Source of the DNA: Candidatus Gastranaerophilales bacterium
GTDB taxonomy: Bacteria; Cyanobacteriota; Vampirovibrionia; Gastranaerophilales; JAILCC01
DNA length: 64,000 bases
Assembly: GCA_028696075.1 (NCBI GenBank)
Contig: JAQVHS010000001.1
Span: 194,408 to 258,407, forward strand
Reading direction: 5' to 3'
Position numbers and translations under genes: made by a program
Part shown: in pieces, positions 53,958 to 64,000 of the stretch
How positions within the stretch are numbered: position 1 is the first letter of the stretch
Layout of the letters: each line of letters starts with the position of its first letter
The notes under the pieces: model-generated
The model's database searches: none
What the model was told of the DNA's origin: nothing
The model's input: the letters and a program-made list of their open reading frames with translations, nothing else

Positions 53958-55652
53958 TCAGGCTTCTTCCTTATCAAAAAACTTTAAAATTTTTGATAAC
54001 AGATTATTTTCATAAGGGTTTTGCACATGCGATTCGAGCTGTTTTATACGTGATTTGACATGCTCATCGTCGGTACAAAGGTTAGAATTCTCGTCATAAT
54101 ACTTATAATTCTCAAGCGCGGCGTCAAAATCCTTCATTTGATAAAGACAATCCGCATTGAGCAAATAAAATTCAAAATCCTTTGTCCCTTCATCAAGAAT
54201 ACTTTGCAATTTTAAATGCGCCAAATCGTATTCTTTTTGAGCAATATGAATTTTTGACGCTTCTTTCACCGCAAATTCCCTGTCAGGCTCATGCTCTGCC
54301 AGCCTTTCGTAAAAATCAAGCGCCTGATATTTTTCCTCTCCTTGTGCTTGAAGGTTAGCAAGTTTTTTTATGGCCTGATAATCCTTATCATCATAATGAA
54401 CCGCCCACGTAAATTCATCGATTGCGTCCTGAATTTCACCTTTTAGCTGATGATAAAGCCCGAAATTATAATGAGCTTTGCTGTTATCGCCTTTAAGTTC
54501 GTACATTTGAGCCAATTTACGGTAACCTAAAGGGCTGTTAGGCAATTTTTTAATAATACGCTCGCAGTATTTTTGCGCTTCGTCAAAATCCTCTTCAAGC
54601 GAGTAGAACCCTGCCAAAGCCGTTAAAACTTCATTATCATCGGGTTGAAGCTTTTCGGTTTCAAGCAAAACTCTTTTTGTCTCTTCTTTTTTGGATTGTT
54701 TAAGATAAGCTTTTGCCAAATTGACATTAAGGCTTACGTTGTTCGGTTCCGCCATATGCAGCTTTTCATAAAGCTGCTGCGCTTCAAACATATGCTCGGT
54801 TTCAAGCAGTAAATCAGCCAGTTCCGTCATTGCTTTTTTGTTATCGGGATAAATTTTCAAAGCACGTTTCAGAACCTCAATAGCGGCATCAATATTATTC
54901 AATTCAGTGTAGATTTCTGCAAGCTCCATAAACACATTAAAATTTTCTTCCGTCATACCGAGGATTGCAAGATATTCGTCCAATGCGTTATGAAATTTTT
55001 TCTTATCCTTATAGCATTTCGCAAGCCTGTATCTGACGGTTAAAACATCCTGCTCATCCTGCGCCAAAGACAAAGCCCTCTTGTACTCGCTCTCCATGTG
55101 GTTTAAAGACTTCTCAAGCTCAAAAATCCTTGCTCTTGTAAGGTGATACATAAGTTTATCCGTATGTTCATAAATTTCCGCAAGCTGCCTTAACGCCACG
55201 TCATTATCAGGAGTAATAGTAAGCAGTTTGTTATAATATTCCGCAGCTTCTTCCTTTTTGCCTAAAATCAAACAGGCATGCGCCAAAACCTCAATATTAT
55301 CCTGATTTTGAGGGTCAGCAGCATAGAGGTCTTTATAAACCGTATAAGCTAAATCATACCTGTCGGCATTTTCAAAAACCATAGCGACACGCTGCTGAAA
55401 TTCAGGCGCCATATCAGGGTTATAAACCCTTTCGTAGTAATCAGCGGCTTCCATAAAGTTGCCCTCTGATTCTAATATTTGTCCCATAATAAAACAGGCA
55501 TGGGGATGGTTCGGCTCAACGGTTATAAACTTCATCAGATAAATTTTTGCATTGTCCAAGTCATTATTGTTCAAATATTCAAAAACTTTTTCTACCCTGG
55601 CATCGTAGGTCTTAAGAGTGATTTCGCCTGCCGCTGAATTTGGTTCGTCCAT
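53958..55652 (-). CDS. TPR-repeat protein
   Basis: ATG 55652 with a GGGGGG RBS, 2 nt after the upstream stop; the track start is 55676. Repeated 34-residue A/Y/L-patterned helices throughout (…AIEVLKRALKIYPDNKKAMTELADLL…). Confidence 0.8.
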   Translation of the reverse strand: MDEPNSAAGEITLKTYDARVEKVFEYLNNNDLDNAKIYLMKFITVEPNHPHACFIMGQILESEGNFMEAADYYERVYNPDMAPEFQQRVAMVFENADRYDLAYTVYKDLYAADPQNQDNIEVLAHACLILGKKEEAAEYYNKLLTITPDNDVALRQLAEIYEHTDKLMYHLTRARIFELEKSLNHMESEYKRALSLAQDEQDVLTVRYRLAKCYKDKKKFHNALDEYLAILGMTEENFNVFMELAEIYTELNNIDAAIEVLKRALKIYPDNKKAMTELADLLLETEHMFEAQQLYEKLHMAEPNNVSLNVNLAKAYLKQSKKEETKRVLLETEKLQPDDNEVLTALAGFYSLEEDFDEAQKYCERIIKKLPNSPLGYRKLAQMYELKGDNSKAHYNFGLYHQLKGEIQDAIDEFTWAVHYDDKDYQAIKKLANLQAQGEEKYQALDFYERLAEHEPDREFAVKEASKIHIAQKEYDLAHLKLQSILDEGTKDFEFYLLNADCLYQMKDFDAALENYKYYDENSNLCTDDEHVKSRIKQLESHVQNPYENNLLSKILKFFDKEEA

Positions 55653-55654
55653 TT

Positions 55655-56950
55655 TTATACCCCCCTGCCGCAGCATTTTTTGTACTTTTTACCGCTGTTA
55701 CAAGGACAGGGGTCGTTGCGCCCAACCTTTTGTACAGGCATAATGCTGTCTTTTTCTTCAAAATTATTTAACAGATTTTTAAATGCCAAAGAAGAATACA
55801 GCGTTGTTGTCGATGAGAAAAATTCATTCTCAAGGTAGAATTTTTTATATGTTGCCATAATTTCGTCAAGGGATTTAAACTTAGTTTCCAAAATCTCATT
55901 CACCCGTGAAAGAAATTTTTCACCGTATTTTTCGTAAGCCAACTGAAGTGCAATAGGCGGAACCTTTACCTTTTGTACAAATTCTTCCATGCATTCTTTG
56001 TAGCCTTCAATTTTGGTGTAATCATCAGACTCAAAGATATTCATAAACACATCAAAGAACGGAACAACATTCAATCCCGAGCGCTCATCGGCTATCAAAG
56101 TAACTCCGTAAGGCTTTTTGTGTGAAGAAAATCCCTGTTTTGTCGTTTGGAATAAATCGTTTCCGCTTGAAAATTCAGTTACTTCAAAAAATTTGTCGGC
56201 GGCGGGTGTATCAATATACTTTTGAATTTTTTGGTCGGAGATTTTTCTGCTGCCGTCCATATACTCGTTGAAAATCTGAATTAATTCATCAATTTTTTTG
56301 TTTGAAGTTGTAGTAAATTGTGCTTTAAAAAAGTTGTTGAATTTGGCAGTAATATCTGAAGCCATAGCTTTAAGCTCTTGAAGTTTTTCAGGGTTATCAC
56401 GGTATATTAAAACCGGATTTTGGGCTTGTCTTGTAACCACCAGCTGAAAAGCTTTTTCGCGGTCTTTGTAGCTTATATGTTCCAAAATATGATACAAATG
56501 ATATTCATCTTCAAATTTTACCACTCTTGCTATTAAAAAACAGCCGACACTAACGCCTTTAAAGCGCACCATTTTATCGAGCGGCTTGGCAAAATACAGC
56601 TTTTCATTAATATAGTTAAAAAGCTCAAAACCGTCTTTTAAAATACGTCTAACTTGAAAAACGCCGTTAATGCTGTCTTTTAGGGACTTAATGATTGATT
56701 TTTCTTTTTCCGTAATGTGGGGCATACCCGCAAGCGCCAAATCAAATACAGATTTTTTATCTTTGCCTATTCTGCGCTCAAAAATATAGTTGATAGTTGC
56801 AGTCGAAAGAATTTTTTCGCTGCCTTCTTTTATCCCTGTCATTGAATAATAATCCTGCAAATCTTTTTTCAAATTAAGGTTTGAATTAATATACATATAA
56901 ATTTTGCTTATCACTTGTGATATTTGTTCATTTTTTTCCTGAACCAACAT
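55655..56950 (-). CDS. SEC-C motif-containing protein, otherwise uncharacterised
   Basis: ATG 56950 in a TAATG overlap with the upstream gene. C-terminal [23 protein letters not shown] zinc motif. The rest is unrecognised. Confidence 0.65.
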   Translation of the reverse strand: MLVQEKNEQISQVISKIYMYINSNLNLKKDLQDYYSMTGIKEGSEKILSTATINYIFERRIGKDKKSVFDLALAGMPHITEKEKSIIKSLKDSINGVFQVRRILKDGFELFNYINEKLYFAKPLDKMVRFKGVSVGCFLIARVVKFEDEYHLYHILEHISYKDREKAFQLVVTRQAQNPVLIYRDNPEKLQELKAMASDITAKFNNFFKAQFTTTSNKKIDELIQIFNEYMDGSRKISDQKIQKYIDTPAADKFFEVTEFSSGNDLFQTTKQGFSSHKKPYGVTLIADERSGLNVVPFFDVFMNIFESDDYTKIEGYKECMEEFVQKVKVPPIALQLAYEKYGEKFLSRVNEILETKFKSLDEIMATYKKFYLENEFFSSTTTLYSSLAFKNLLNNFEEKDSIMPVQKVGRNDPCPCNSGKKYKKCCGRGV

Positions 56951-57732
56951 TAATTTTTCTCCTTTAAGCATCCTAAAATAGCGTGTCTGCCTGTTTTGCC
57001 GTTTTCTTTTCTGTAAGAATAAAAAGTATTAACGCCGCAGCTTGTACAAAAATTACAAATATCAATATTTTTTATTCCGATTTTATTAAGCTGAATTGCA
57101 TTAATCATTTTCAAGTCAACTTTTATCCCGTCTGCGGTCCTAGAAAATATATTAGCATAATCACCTTCAATAGTCATATTCAACTGTCGGGCAATATCCT
57201 CGGATACTTCAAAACAAGACTGCGAAATCCCTGCCCCTATCGCAACTTTTATATCGGCAGGGTTTGAATTAAACTGCTCGACAAAAATCAAGCCTGCTTT
57301 TTGAGCTATTCTCTCTGCGCTGCCCCGCCAGCCGGCATGGATTATACCCATAACATTTTTGACAGGGTCAAACAAAATCAACCCTATACAATCCGCAAAC
57401 AATAACATAACCGGCAGCCCTGTAATATTTGTTATAACACCGTCAGTATCAGATAAATCATAAGGCTGCTGTGTATCTTGCGCAATCACCGCAATATTTG
57501 CGGTATGTTTTTGTTCGGGGATAAGCAGTTTGTCAAAATCAACCTGCAAATAATCACAGGCGGCTTTTCTGTTTTGGAGTATAAATTTTGTATCCGTATT
57601 GCCGAAATCTTTGCTGCTCATGCTAAATCCGTAAGGGTTTTTGTTATCTTTTCTTGTTGTAAAAACATGGGATAATATACTGTTGTCAAAAATATCCGAT
57701 TTCATGAACTGTTTTGTTTCAAAATAAAACAT
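56950..57732 (-). CDS. pgeF: YfiH/PgeF-family (laccase-domain) protein
   Basis: ATG 57732 in a TAATG overlap with rlm[19 protein letters not shown] and CNFCTSC...FYSYRKE motifs. Confidence 0.8.
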   Translation of the reverse strand: MFYFETKQFMKSDIFDNSILSHVFTTRKDNKNPYGFSMSSKDFGNTDTKFILQNRKAACDYLQVDFDKLLIPEQKHTANIAVIAQDTQQPYDLSDTDGVITNITGLPVMLLFADCIGLILFDPVKNVMGIIHAGWRGSAERIAQKAGLIFVEQFNSNPADIKVAIGAGISQSCFEVSEDIARQLNMTIEGDYANIFSRTADGIKVDLKMINAIQLNKIGIKNIDICNFCTSCGVNTFYSYRKENGKTGRHAILGCLKEKN

Positions 57733-58760
57733 TACTCCGCCCTGCTCCTCAACTGCCCGCAAGCTGCATCAATATCAGCCCCCCTCTCAAGGCGAACCGT
57801 TACTTTATGGCTTGAGCGCTCTAAAATAAACTTGAATTTGTTAATCTGCTCCATGGAAGGTTTTGCAAAATCCTCATTGCAAGCAGGATTATAAGGGATT
57901 ATGTTTATATTGCAATGAAGGTTTTTCAAAAGCGCCAAAACCTCATGGGCGTCTTCCAAAGAATCATTAACCCCTTTTATAATAGTATATTCTATGGTTG
58001 CACGTCTGCCCGTATGGTTTACAAGCCCTTCCATAGCTTTGATTACATTGTTTATATTGTATTTGTTCTCAACAGGCATAAGTTTTTGACGGACTTGGCT
58101 GTTAGGGGCATGCAAAGATAGCGCCACGGTCGCCTGAAAATCAATTTCCTTGAGTTTTTGTATCCCCGGAATTATACCGCTTGTAGATACCGTTATACGC
58201 CTAATGCCGATTCCGACTTCTGTATTAATAATCTCAATTGATTTTAAAACGTTATCAATGTTCAGCAAAGGTTCGCCCTGTCCCATAAAAACAACATTAG
58301 AAATACGCAGCTTCGTATCGCGCTGCATTACCATCAACTGCTCAACTATTTCCTGCGGTGTTAAATTACGCACAAAACCGCTCTTGCCTGTAGCGCAAAA
58401 AACACACCCTACGGCACATCCTATCTGTGAACTTACACAAGCCGTCAAATTAGGGCGGTTATCAAAACGCATAAGTACGCATTCTACACGGTTGCCGTCC
58501 GCAAATTCTACCAGATATTTAACCGTACCGTCTGTACTTATTTGCTTTTTTTTGATGAAAACGTTGCTTAGAACAGTGTTTCGCTCAAGATTAGCTTTAA
58601 ATGCTTTAGAAATATTGCTCATCTCGTCAAAATCCGAAGCGAATTTGCTGTAAATCCAGGAATGCAGCTGCTTTGCCCTGAACTTTGGTTCTCCCAATGC
58701 CTCAACCGTTTCTTCAAGTTCTTTTAAAGTTTTTGAGCTTAATATAACCGTGTTTTCCAT
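57732..58760 (-). CDS. rlmN: 23S rRNA/tRNA (adenine-C2)-methyltransferase, radical SAM
   Basis: FRAKQLHSWIY N-terminus, CAVGCVFCATG radical SAM motif, GMGEPLLN-like FMGQGEPLLN and C-terminal DIDAACGQL. Confidence 0.9.
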   Translation of the reverse strand: MENTVILSSKTLKELEETVEALGEPKFRAKQLHSWIYSKFASDFDEMSNISKAFKANLERNTVLSNVFIKKKQISTDGTVKYLVEFADGNRVECVLMRFDNRPNLTACVSSQIGCAVGCVFCATGKSGFVRNLTPQEIVEQLMVMQRDTKLRISNVVFMGQGEPLLNIDNVLKSIEIINTEVGIGIRRITVSTSGIIPGIQKLKEIDFQATVALSLHAPNSQVRQKLMPVENKYNINNVIKAMEGLVNHTGRRATIEYTIIKGVNDSLEDAHEVLALLKNLHCNINIIPYNPACNEDFAKPSMEQINKFKFILERSSHKVTVRLERGADIDAACGQLRSRAE

Positions 58761-58784
58761 AACTTTATTGTATTACAAAATCAT

Positions 58785-61289
58785 TTAAAAAATCAGTTTA
58801 AAAACTTTAATACTCTGCGGCGGCAGCGCAACGGCCTTATCGGCTAAATTCTTTTTGTTGACGATATTTTCCAATAAATCTGTTTCCAAAACTTCTTTCG
58901 CGCCAAAGTCTATGTGTATTTTCTTCTCAACATCATTATAGTTAAAGATTTTGATTATCAAGCCGTCTTTTGATTGTGCTTCTTTTACAGAGTGGACATA
59001 AACCCCTTCTGATTGGTGGTGCAAATTCAAATCAGGCAAAACCGTCTTTTTGCCGAAACCTTGCATCGTAACAACAGGATTGTAGAAAAAATCAGCTTGA
59101 GCAAACATTTCATCAATATTTTCAGTTAACAAAAGGGCATATTCCTGCTCAAATTCCCGCAAACACTGCCCTCCAGGAGTGGGCAACGGTGGACCCGCTG
59201 CCGTGTTGCGTGTCAGCAGAGATTTTTGCGCAATCTCGCCAAACCCCCGCATAAGCGTTATATTAAGGTTATTTTTATAAACTTCATATTCATTCAAGCC
59301 CTTTGTTAAAACACATAATCCCTGTGTCTGGACAAAACGCTGCAGGGCGCCTGTGTTCAGAGAAACTTCGACATTTTTAGGGGCAGGAAGAAGTTTTTCA
59401 AGCTCATATTCAGGCGAAAATGCTCTTTTTATAGCCCCAAAATTATCCTCGCTTAAAGTTGTTGTAATATCTTTAGGCAGGGGAAAATTAAGCTTTAGCA
59501 TATGATTTTTGGCTTTATTTGCAAAAATAAGCTTAAAATCAAGCCGCGGTGAATTTTCTGCTAATTCTATAACAAGTTTAAAATCATGTTTCAAAAGTTT
59601 TTTGGAGCGGGTGGATTTCTTCATGCCGTTTGCAATAACGCCGGCAGGGATTTTGAGCGTATATTTCAGCTCAAGTGAACATAATACTTTGCCCTGTTGG
59701 GCAATTTTGGAAGAAATAAACTGCGCTTTGAGCGGTTTATCACCCATAACAGGTGAAAAATTATAGCTGTCGCCGACATCGGCTATATCAAAAATCTGAT
59801 GAAGGTTTTTAAACTCTAAACCGTTGAGTTTATTTTTGATATCTAAACTGCCGTTTTTATTAACTTTTATGCGAATAATAGCATTTTCAAGCTCGTTTGG
59901 CAAAACTTTCAACGCTGTTTTCTCAGGCGGTGTAATTTGCAGCGGCGTTAGTGCAAAAGGTTTCAAATCCTTGCCTAAAAGAGCGTACTCATAGCAGGTT
60001 TTGTAATTTTCCTGCACGGGAATATTGTGAATATCGTATGAAATTGAACGCGGAAATGCTTTAAACGACCTTAATTTTTGAAGCGGAAGTTTTTTGTTTG
60101 AAATAAGCCTGATTACACCGCTGTATTTGAAATTAGAAAGGTTAAGCGCAAAAAATTCATCTTTTTTTATTTTGCGCTCAAGCGCAAAAAGCGTTTCATT
60201 TAAAACACTTTGGCTTATTTGTTCGATTTTTTCAAAACGCATCTCGTTTTCCCTGTGGACGCTGTCTAAGCTGCAGCCGCAAATACTGTCATGGGCGTGA
60301 TTTTGTAAAAGTAAATGCCAGGCGTTTTGAAGCTCGTTATGAAATGATTTTTCGCCAAAAACACAAGCACAAATTGCGCCCAACGGTTCTGCTATTTTAC
60401 CCAAATTCCACATAGCAGAAGCATTTTGCTGTTTCAGATAAACTCTTGAAGAAAAACAAGACGGCAAAATCGAGTTCCTGCTGTTATCCCTGAGTTCACC
60501 CTCAATTGTATTGATGTTTTCACCGCAAGCAGCGGTAACCGTATTAAAATACTCTTCCAAAGTTGAAAGTTTTATCTCATAATTTTTAAGGTATTTATTC
60601 AAATAGCTGATTTTCTGCTTCAAATTATCGCAGCAGCCCAAATGGTCAGCGCCTATCGGCAAAAGTATATTTTCCGTCAAATTATATTTAGAAATATTAT
60701 CCAAAAAACCCTCTATGTTCTTTGCGGTTCTGACCGCAGCGGTTTTTTTGGACAAATAATCTTGAAAATAGCCTTCAACAAGCAAGGTTGCCCGGACTTG
60801 ATAATTATTAAACTTCCACAGAAATTCTGATTTTTCATGTCCTGCGCCGCGCCAGACAAGAGCGTTTTTAATATCAGTCAGTTCAAATAGCATAGGCATA
60901 CAGGCGTTATGCCCGAAAGCATCAGGCAAATATCCCGCAAAATCCGACATTCCCATTTTTTGGGAATATTTGATACCATACAAAAGATTACGTGCTAAAC
61001 TCTCGCCGTTTACCAAAAATTCATCCGTAAGCGCATAAAAAGGACCTATAAACAGTTTTTTTTCTTTGATTAAATTTTTTACAAACGTTTCTTTTTCAGG
61101 ATAAAGTTCCAAATAGTCAATAAGAGCAACCGTTTGCCCGTCGAGATAAAAGGAATTTATCTGCCCTGCTGTAAGCTTGTTAAAAATATCCTCAAGTACA
61201 CGAACAAGCCTTATTCGGTATTCTTCAAAAGGCTTGTACCATTCTCTGTCCCAGTGGGTTTGTAAGTATGCAAAAACTTGTTTTTTCAT
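58785..61289 (-). CDS. glycoside hydrolase family 38 (alpha-mannosidase / mannosylglycerate hydrolase-like)
   Basis: N-terminal QTHWDREWY, PDAFGH and HAHDSICGCS motifs. 834 aa. No signal peptide. Confidence 0.75.
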   Translation of the reverse strand: MKKQVFAYLQTHWDREWYKPFEEYRIRLVRVLEDIFNKLTAGQINSFYLDGQTVALIDYLELYPEKETFVKNLIKEKKLFIGPFYALTDEFLVNGESLARNLLYGIKYSQKMGMSDFAGYLPDAFGHNACMPMLFELTDIKNALVWRGAGHEKSEFLWKFNNYQVRATLLVEGYFQDYLSKKTAAVRTAKNIEGFLDNISKYNLTENILLPIGADHLGCCDNLKQKISYLNKYLKNYEIKLSTLEEYFNTVTAACGENINTIEGELRDNSRNSILPSCFSSRVYLKQQNASAMWNLGKIAEPLGAICACVFGEKSFHNELQNAWHLLLQNHAHDSICGCSLDSVHRENEMRFEKIEQISQSVLNETLFALERKIKKDEFFALNLSNFKYSGVIRLISNKKLPLQKLRSFKAFPRSISYDIHNIPVQENYKTCYEYALLGKDLKPFALTPLQITPPEKTALKVLPNELENAIIRIKVNKNGSLDIKNKLNGLEFKNLHQIFDIADVGDSYNFSPVMGDKPLKAQFISSKIAQQGKVLCSLELKYTLKIPAGVIANGMKKSTRSKKLLKHDFKLVIELAENSPRLDFKLIFANKAKNHMLKLNFPLPKDITTTLSEDNFGAIKRAFSPEYELEKLLPAPKNVEVSLNTGALQRFVQTQGLCVLTKGLNEYEVYKNNLNITLMRGFGEIAQKSLLTRNTAAGPPLPTPGGQCLREFEQEYALLLTENIDEMFAQADFFYNPVVTMQGFGKKTVLPDLNLHHQSEGVYVHSVKEAQSKDGLIIKIFNYNDVEKKIHIDFGAKEVLETDLLENIVNKKNLADKAVALPPQSIKVFKLIF

Positions 61290-61338
61290 ACTCTGATTGT
61301 AACCGTTTTTTCACATCAGGGCAATGTTTTTGGGGAAA

Positions 61339-62022
61339 CTATCTCACCTTATACATTGTATTAAATGTTCTGTCGCCTGCATCGCCAAGACCCGGTATTA
61401 TATAGCCTTTTTCATTTAATCTTTCATCAATCCAGGTCGTTACTACTTTTACGTTAGGGTATTTTGAATGAATTTTTTTAATGCCCTGCTCTACGCTCAA
61501 AAGGCAGACAAAACGGATATTTTCCTGCGGGATACCTTTTTGCAGGTAAAGTTTAATGGCTTCAAGCGCACTGCCGCCTGTTGCAAGCATAGGGTCTAAA
61601 ATATAAACATAAGTCCGCTTGGGGTTCTCAAATATAGCGGGCAGTTTGTTGTAATACCATACCGGCTCCAGTGTTTCATCATCTCTGTAAAGCCCTATAT
61701 GCTGGACTATTGCGTCCGGCAAAAGGTTAAGAGCGACTTCTGAAAACAAAAGAGCAGCACGCAAAATCGGTGCAATGATAACCTGTACATTAGGGTCAAT
61801 CACTTTTACACTTGCTTGTGTCATAGGGGTTGCGATAGCTTTTTCCACCACAGGCAGGTTGTCTGTTGCACTAAAAAACAATACCTCGGCAAGCCTTTTG
61901 GTTGCGTTTCTGAATAGTTCGGGGGTAGTGTTTTTATCCCTCATTATAGCAAGGTTTTGCAAGGCAATAGGATGGTTGCAAACGCTTATATTTACTTTTT
62001 GTTCTTCTTCTGTTTTGTGCAT
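61339..62022 (-). CDS. upp: uracil phosphoribosyltransferase
   Basis: ATG 62022 preceded by AAGGAAAAAATT; the track ORF extends to 62100 and would overlap the upstream gene. ILDPMLATGGSA PRPP motif and PGLGDAGDR. Confidence 0.9.
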   Translation of the reverse strand: MHKTEEEQKVNISVCNHPIALQNLAIMRDKNTTPELFRNATKRLAEVLFFSATDNLPVVEKAIATPMTQASVKVIDPNVQVIIAPILRAALLFSEVALNLLPDAIVQHIGLYRDDETLEPVWYYNKLPAIFENPKRTYVYILDPMLATGGSALEAIKLYLQKGIPQENIRFVCLLSVEQGIKKIHSKYPNVKVVTTWIDERLNEKGYIIPGLGDAGDRTFNTMYKVR

Positions 62023-62032
62023 AATTTTTTCC

Positions 62033-62989
62033 TTATATAGCATTGTTAATTTTTTGTGTAACAGTTTTGGCTTTTTCCATATTTGTTTCAAGTTTCTCAA
62101 GATTTTGAGTGGTAATTTTGCTGTCTAACACCTCTGCTTGCTGCCGGAATTTTTCGGTGTTGGTGTTTAAACGCGAAAACCGCTGCATGTGAGGGATATA
62201 GCAGTCTGTTTTTTTGCATATCTGACCGGTTTTTACGCAATATCGTCTTATGGCTTTTCGGTTACTGTCAATTAAACGGGTATAGTTCTTAAGGCTTTGT
62301 TTGGAATACTTTGCCACTGATAATATTTTGGGGAAGTTAACAGTATCATTAATATTCTCGGCATAATTATACGAATGCCCCATTATTACATTTGCGTTCT
62401 TCATATTATGCCGCAAGGTTGTTCCGCCTTGTTCTATGTTATTCGATATTATTTTAACATCTCTGTTCAGCTTTGCTGTTTCATTTTTAAATTTTTGGGT
62501 TTGGGCTTTTACTTCCTGATAGTTTCTATCCCCTATAAAAGTCGATAACCCTTTAGCTGTCATCATTGTAGCTTTTATAAAGGATTTGGAAACATCCATT
62601 GCGGCGGATATTCTTATTGGCTCTTCGACAATAAGACCGGCTTTTCCTTTAGCGAACGAAGGCGGACTTAATTCAATCGAGCGTGAACCCGCCAAACCTG
62701 AAAATTGAATAGAGGCAACCGTTCCGGACGGGATTGTGATATCAGGGTTGAGTACCACAAAATCAACATAAATTTCATCATAAATAGTATGAATTTTAGT
62801 TACATGTCCTATATCCACACCCATAATTCTCACCGGCGAACCTATTTCTATCCTGTCAATATCTTTAAATACAAGGTGGTAAACTTTGCCGTAATCAAAA
62901 AGATTTTGAACCAGTTTAAAACCCGCAAATACAAACGTTCCTAAAAATATAGCCAGTATAATTATTTCTGCAAAATGTGACTTTTTCAT
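62033..62989 (-). CDS. MlaD/MCE-domain protein with N-terminal TM anchor
   Basis: N-terminal TM helix. MCE domain YHLVFKDIDRIEIGSPVRIMGVDIGHVTKI...QFSGLAGSRSIELSP. Long helical C-terminus. No mlaE or mlaF adjacent. Confidence 0.75.
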   Translation of the reverse strand: MKKSHFAEIIILAIFLGTFVFAGFKLVQNLFDYGKVYHLVFKDIDRIEIGSPVRIMGVDIGHVTKIHTIYDEIYVDFVVLNPDITIPSGTVASIQFSGLAGSRSIELSPPSFAKGKAGLIVEEPIRISAAMDVSKSFIKATMMTAKGLSTFIGDRNYQEVKAQTQKFKNETAKLNRDVKIISNNIEQGGTTLRHNMKNANVIMGHSYNYAENINDTVNFPKILSVAKYSKQSLKNYTRLIDSNRKAIRRYCVKTGQICKKTDCYIPHMQRFSRLNTNTEKFRQQAEVLDSKITTQNLEKLETNMEKAKTVTQKINNAI

Positions 62990-63062
62990 AATTCAATAAT
63001 ATAATATTTGAAGCACCGCTGCAAGTAACCGTGAAGATAAGTAATAAGGGCATAAGAAGAAA

Positions 63063-63941
63063 TTGAAATTTTTAAAAGAGTTAATATTAAAAGAAAAATT
63101 CTGCGCATGGCTTTTTATATCGCCTGCTCTGATAGGAACTTTGATATTTATAATTTTGCCGATATTTTGCTCTTTTTACTTCAGTTTTTTGGATTGGGAT
63201 TTGCTTTCCAAGCCAAAGTTTGTAGGTTTAGCAAATTACAGCGCTTTGCTTTGGGACAAATTCTTTTGGGAAATACTTGGAAACACTTTGATATATGCGA
63301 TTTTTACAACTATATTCGGGGTAATTATTCCTTTGGTTTTGGCTGTGGTTTTAAATAATAAGCTCAAATTTTCAGGAGTTTTAAAGACGATTTATTTTAT
63401 CCCTTTTATCACACCTATGATAGTAGTAGCTGTAGTTTGGGCGTGGATATTCGACCCGAATTACGGAATAGTCAACTGGCTGATTAATATGAAGCTTAAG
63501 TGGCTTTATGATACGGCTTTGGCAATGCCGGTTTTGATTTTTGTAAGCGTTTGGAAAAATATCGGCTATAATATGCTGATTTTGCTTGCGGGTCTGCAAA
63601 CAATTCCCGATAGTCTTAATGAAGCGGCAGAAATTGACGGTGCAACAGCTTTGCAGAAGTTTTTTAACGTTACCTTGCCGATGTTAAGCCCGACGATTTT
63701 GTTCGTATGCTTAATTACCACTATTTCATCATTTCAGGTATTTGATTTGATTTATCTAATGACGCAGGGCGGACCTGAAAATTCAACCACCGTACTTGTT
63801 TATTGGATGTACAAAAATGCGTTTGAATTTTTCAAAATAGGAAAAGCTTCAGCCATAGCATTTATTTTGTTCTTTGTAATACTATCTTTAACAGCTATAC
63901 AATGGTTTACCCGTAAAAAATGGGTTTACGGCGAAGATTAG
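63063..63941 (+). CDS. carbohydrate ABC transporter permease (MalF/UgpA-type)
   Basis: TTG start. Six TM helices. EAA loop LNEAAEIDGATALQKFFNVTLPML. Confidence 0.85.
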   Translation: MKFLKELILKEKFCAWLFISPALIGTLIFIILPIFCSFYFSFLDWDLLSKPKFVGLANYSALLWDKFFWEILGNTLIYAIFTTIFGVIIPLVLAVVLNNKLKFSGVLKTIYFIPFITPMIVVAVVWAWIFDPNYGIVNWLINMKLKWLYDTALAMPVLIFVSVWKNIGYNMLILLAGLQTIPDSLNEAAEIDGATALQKFFNVTLPMLSPTILFVCLITTISSFQVFDLIYLMTQGGPENSTTVLVYWMYKNAFEFFKIGKASAIAFILFFVILSLTAIQWFTRKKWVYGED

Positions 63942-64000
63942 TTTGTTATCTGAATTTTCTTATGGCTTGCCTTCGCACTCAAGAGCAATTTAGCAAATTA

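Noticed and set aside
63962-64000. Possible start of a second sugar ABC permease gene (ATG 63962)
   Set aside because: Only 13 codons are visible before the window ends. There is no recognisable motif or clear RBS.

Overview
AT-rich bacterial chromosomal window. No rRNA, integrase, transposase, reverse transcriptase or cas genes are visible. About 58 credible CDS, mostly tightly packed housekeeping genes: dnaE, topA, dprA, pyrG, cdd, fabF-acpP-fabG, rseP, rlmN, rplI, tmk, proC, upp, metY, cysK and bioB. Motility and signalling genes are also present: a fliI-type ATPase, a CheR-like methyltransferase, a REC-GGDEF protein and a tandem-CheW protein. There is one tRNA-His(GUG). The taxon cannot be assigned from the sequence alone. 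Gene content and the hairpin repeats are compatible with a low-GC uncultured lineage such as a Melainabacteria-like organism, but that is a guess. Three non-coding islands (12.48-13.09 kb, 15.13-16.10 kb, 52.88-53.96 kb) are packed with repeats. Main observations: (1) at 53106-53165, two mirror-symmetric pyrimidine tracts plus the exactly complementary purine tract sit on one strand. This is the geometry of a 15-triplet intramolecular triple helix. It lies next to a 158-nt nested-helix element. (2) Two sulfur-carrier gene sets are present. One is SGNH hydrolase-ThiS-MnmA-like-ThiF-BioB-CysK, and its MnmA-like protein lacks the second catalytic Cys. The other is MtnP-YggT-PHP-ThiS-MetY. Together they suggest protein-thiocarboxylate-dependent sulfur chemistry without the usual JAMM hydrolase. 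(3) A near-consensus sigma-28 promoter drives an uncharacterised protein with helical termini. This gene lies in a tRNA-His cassette bracketed by 137-nt inverted repeats. (4) A modular intergenic repeat family recurs through the window, and there is a 126/127-bp tandem array. (5) An alpha-glucan phosphorylase homolog lacks the PLP lysine. All functional calls rest on motif recognition by eye. No database search was run.
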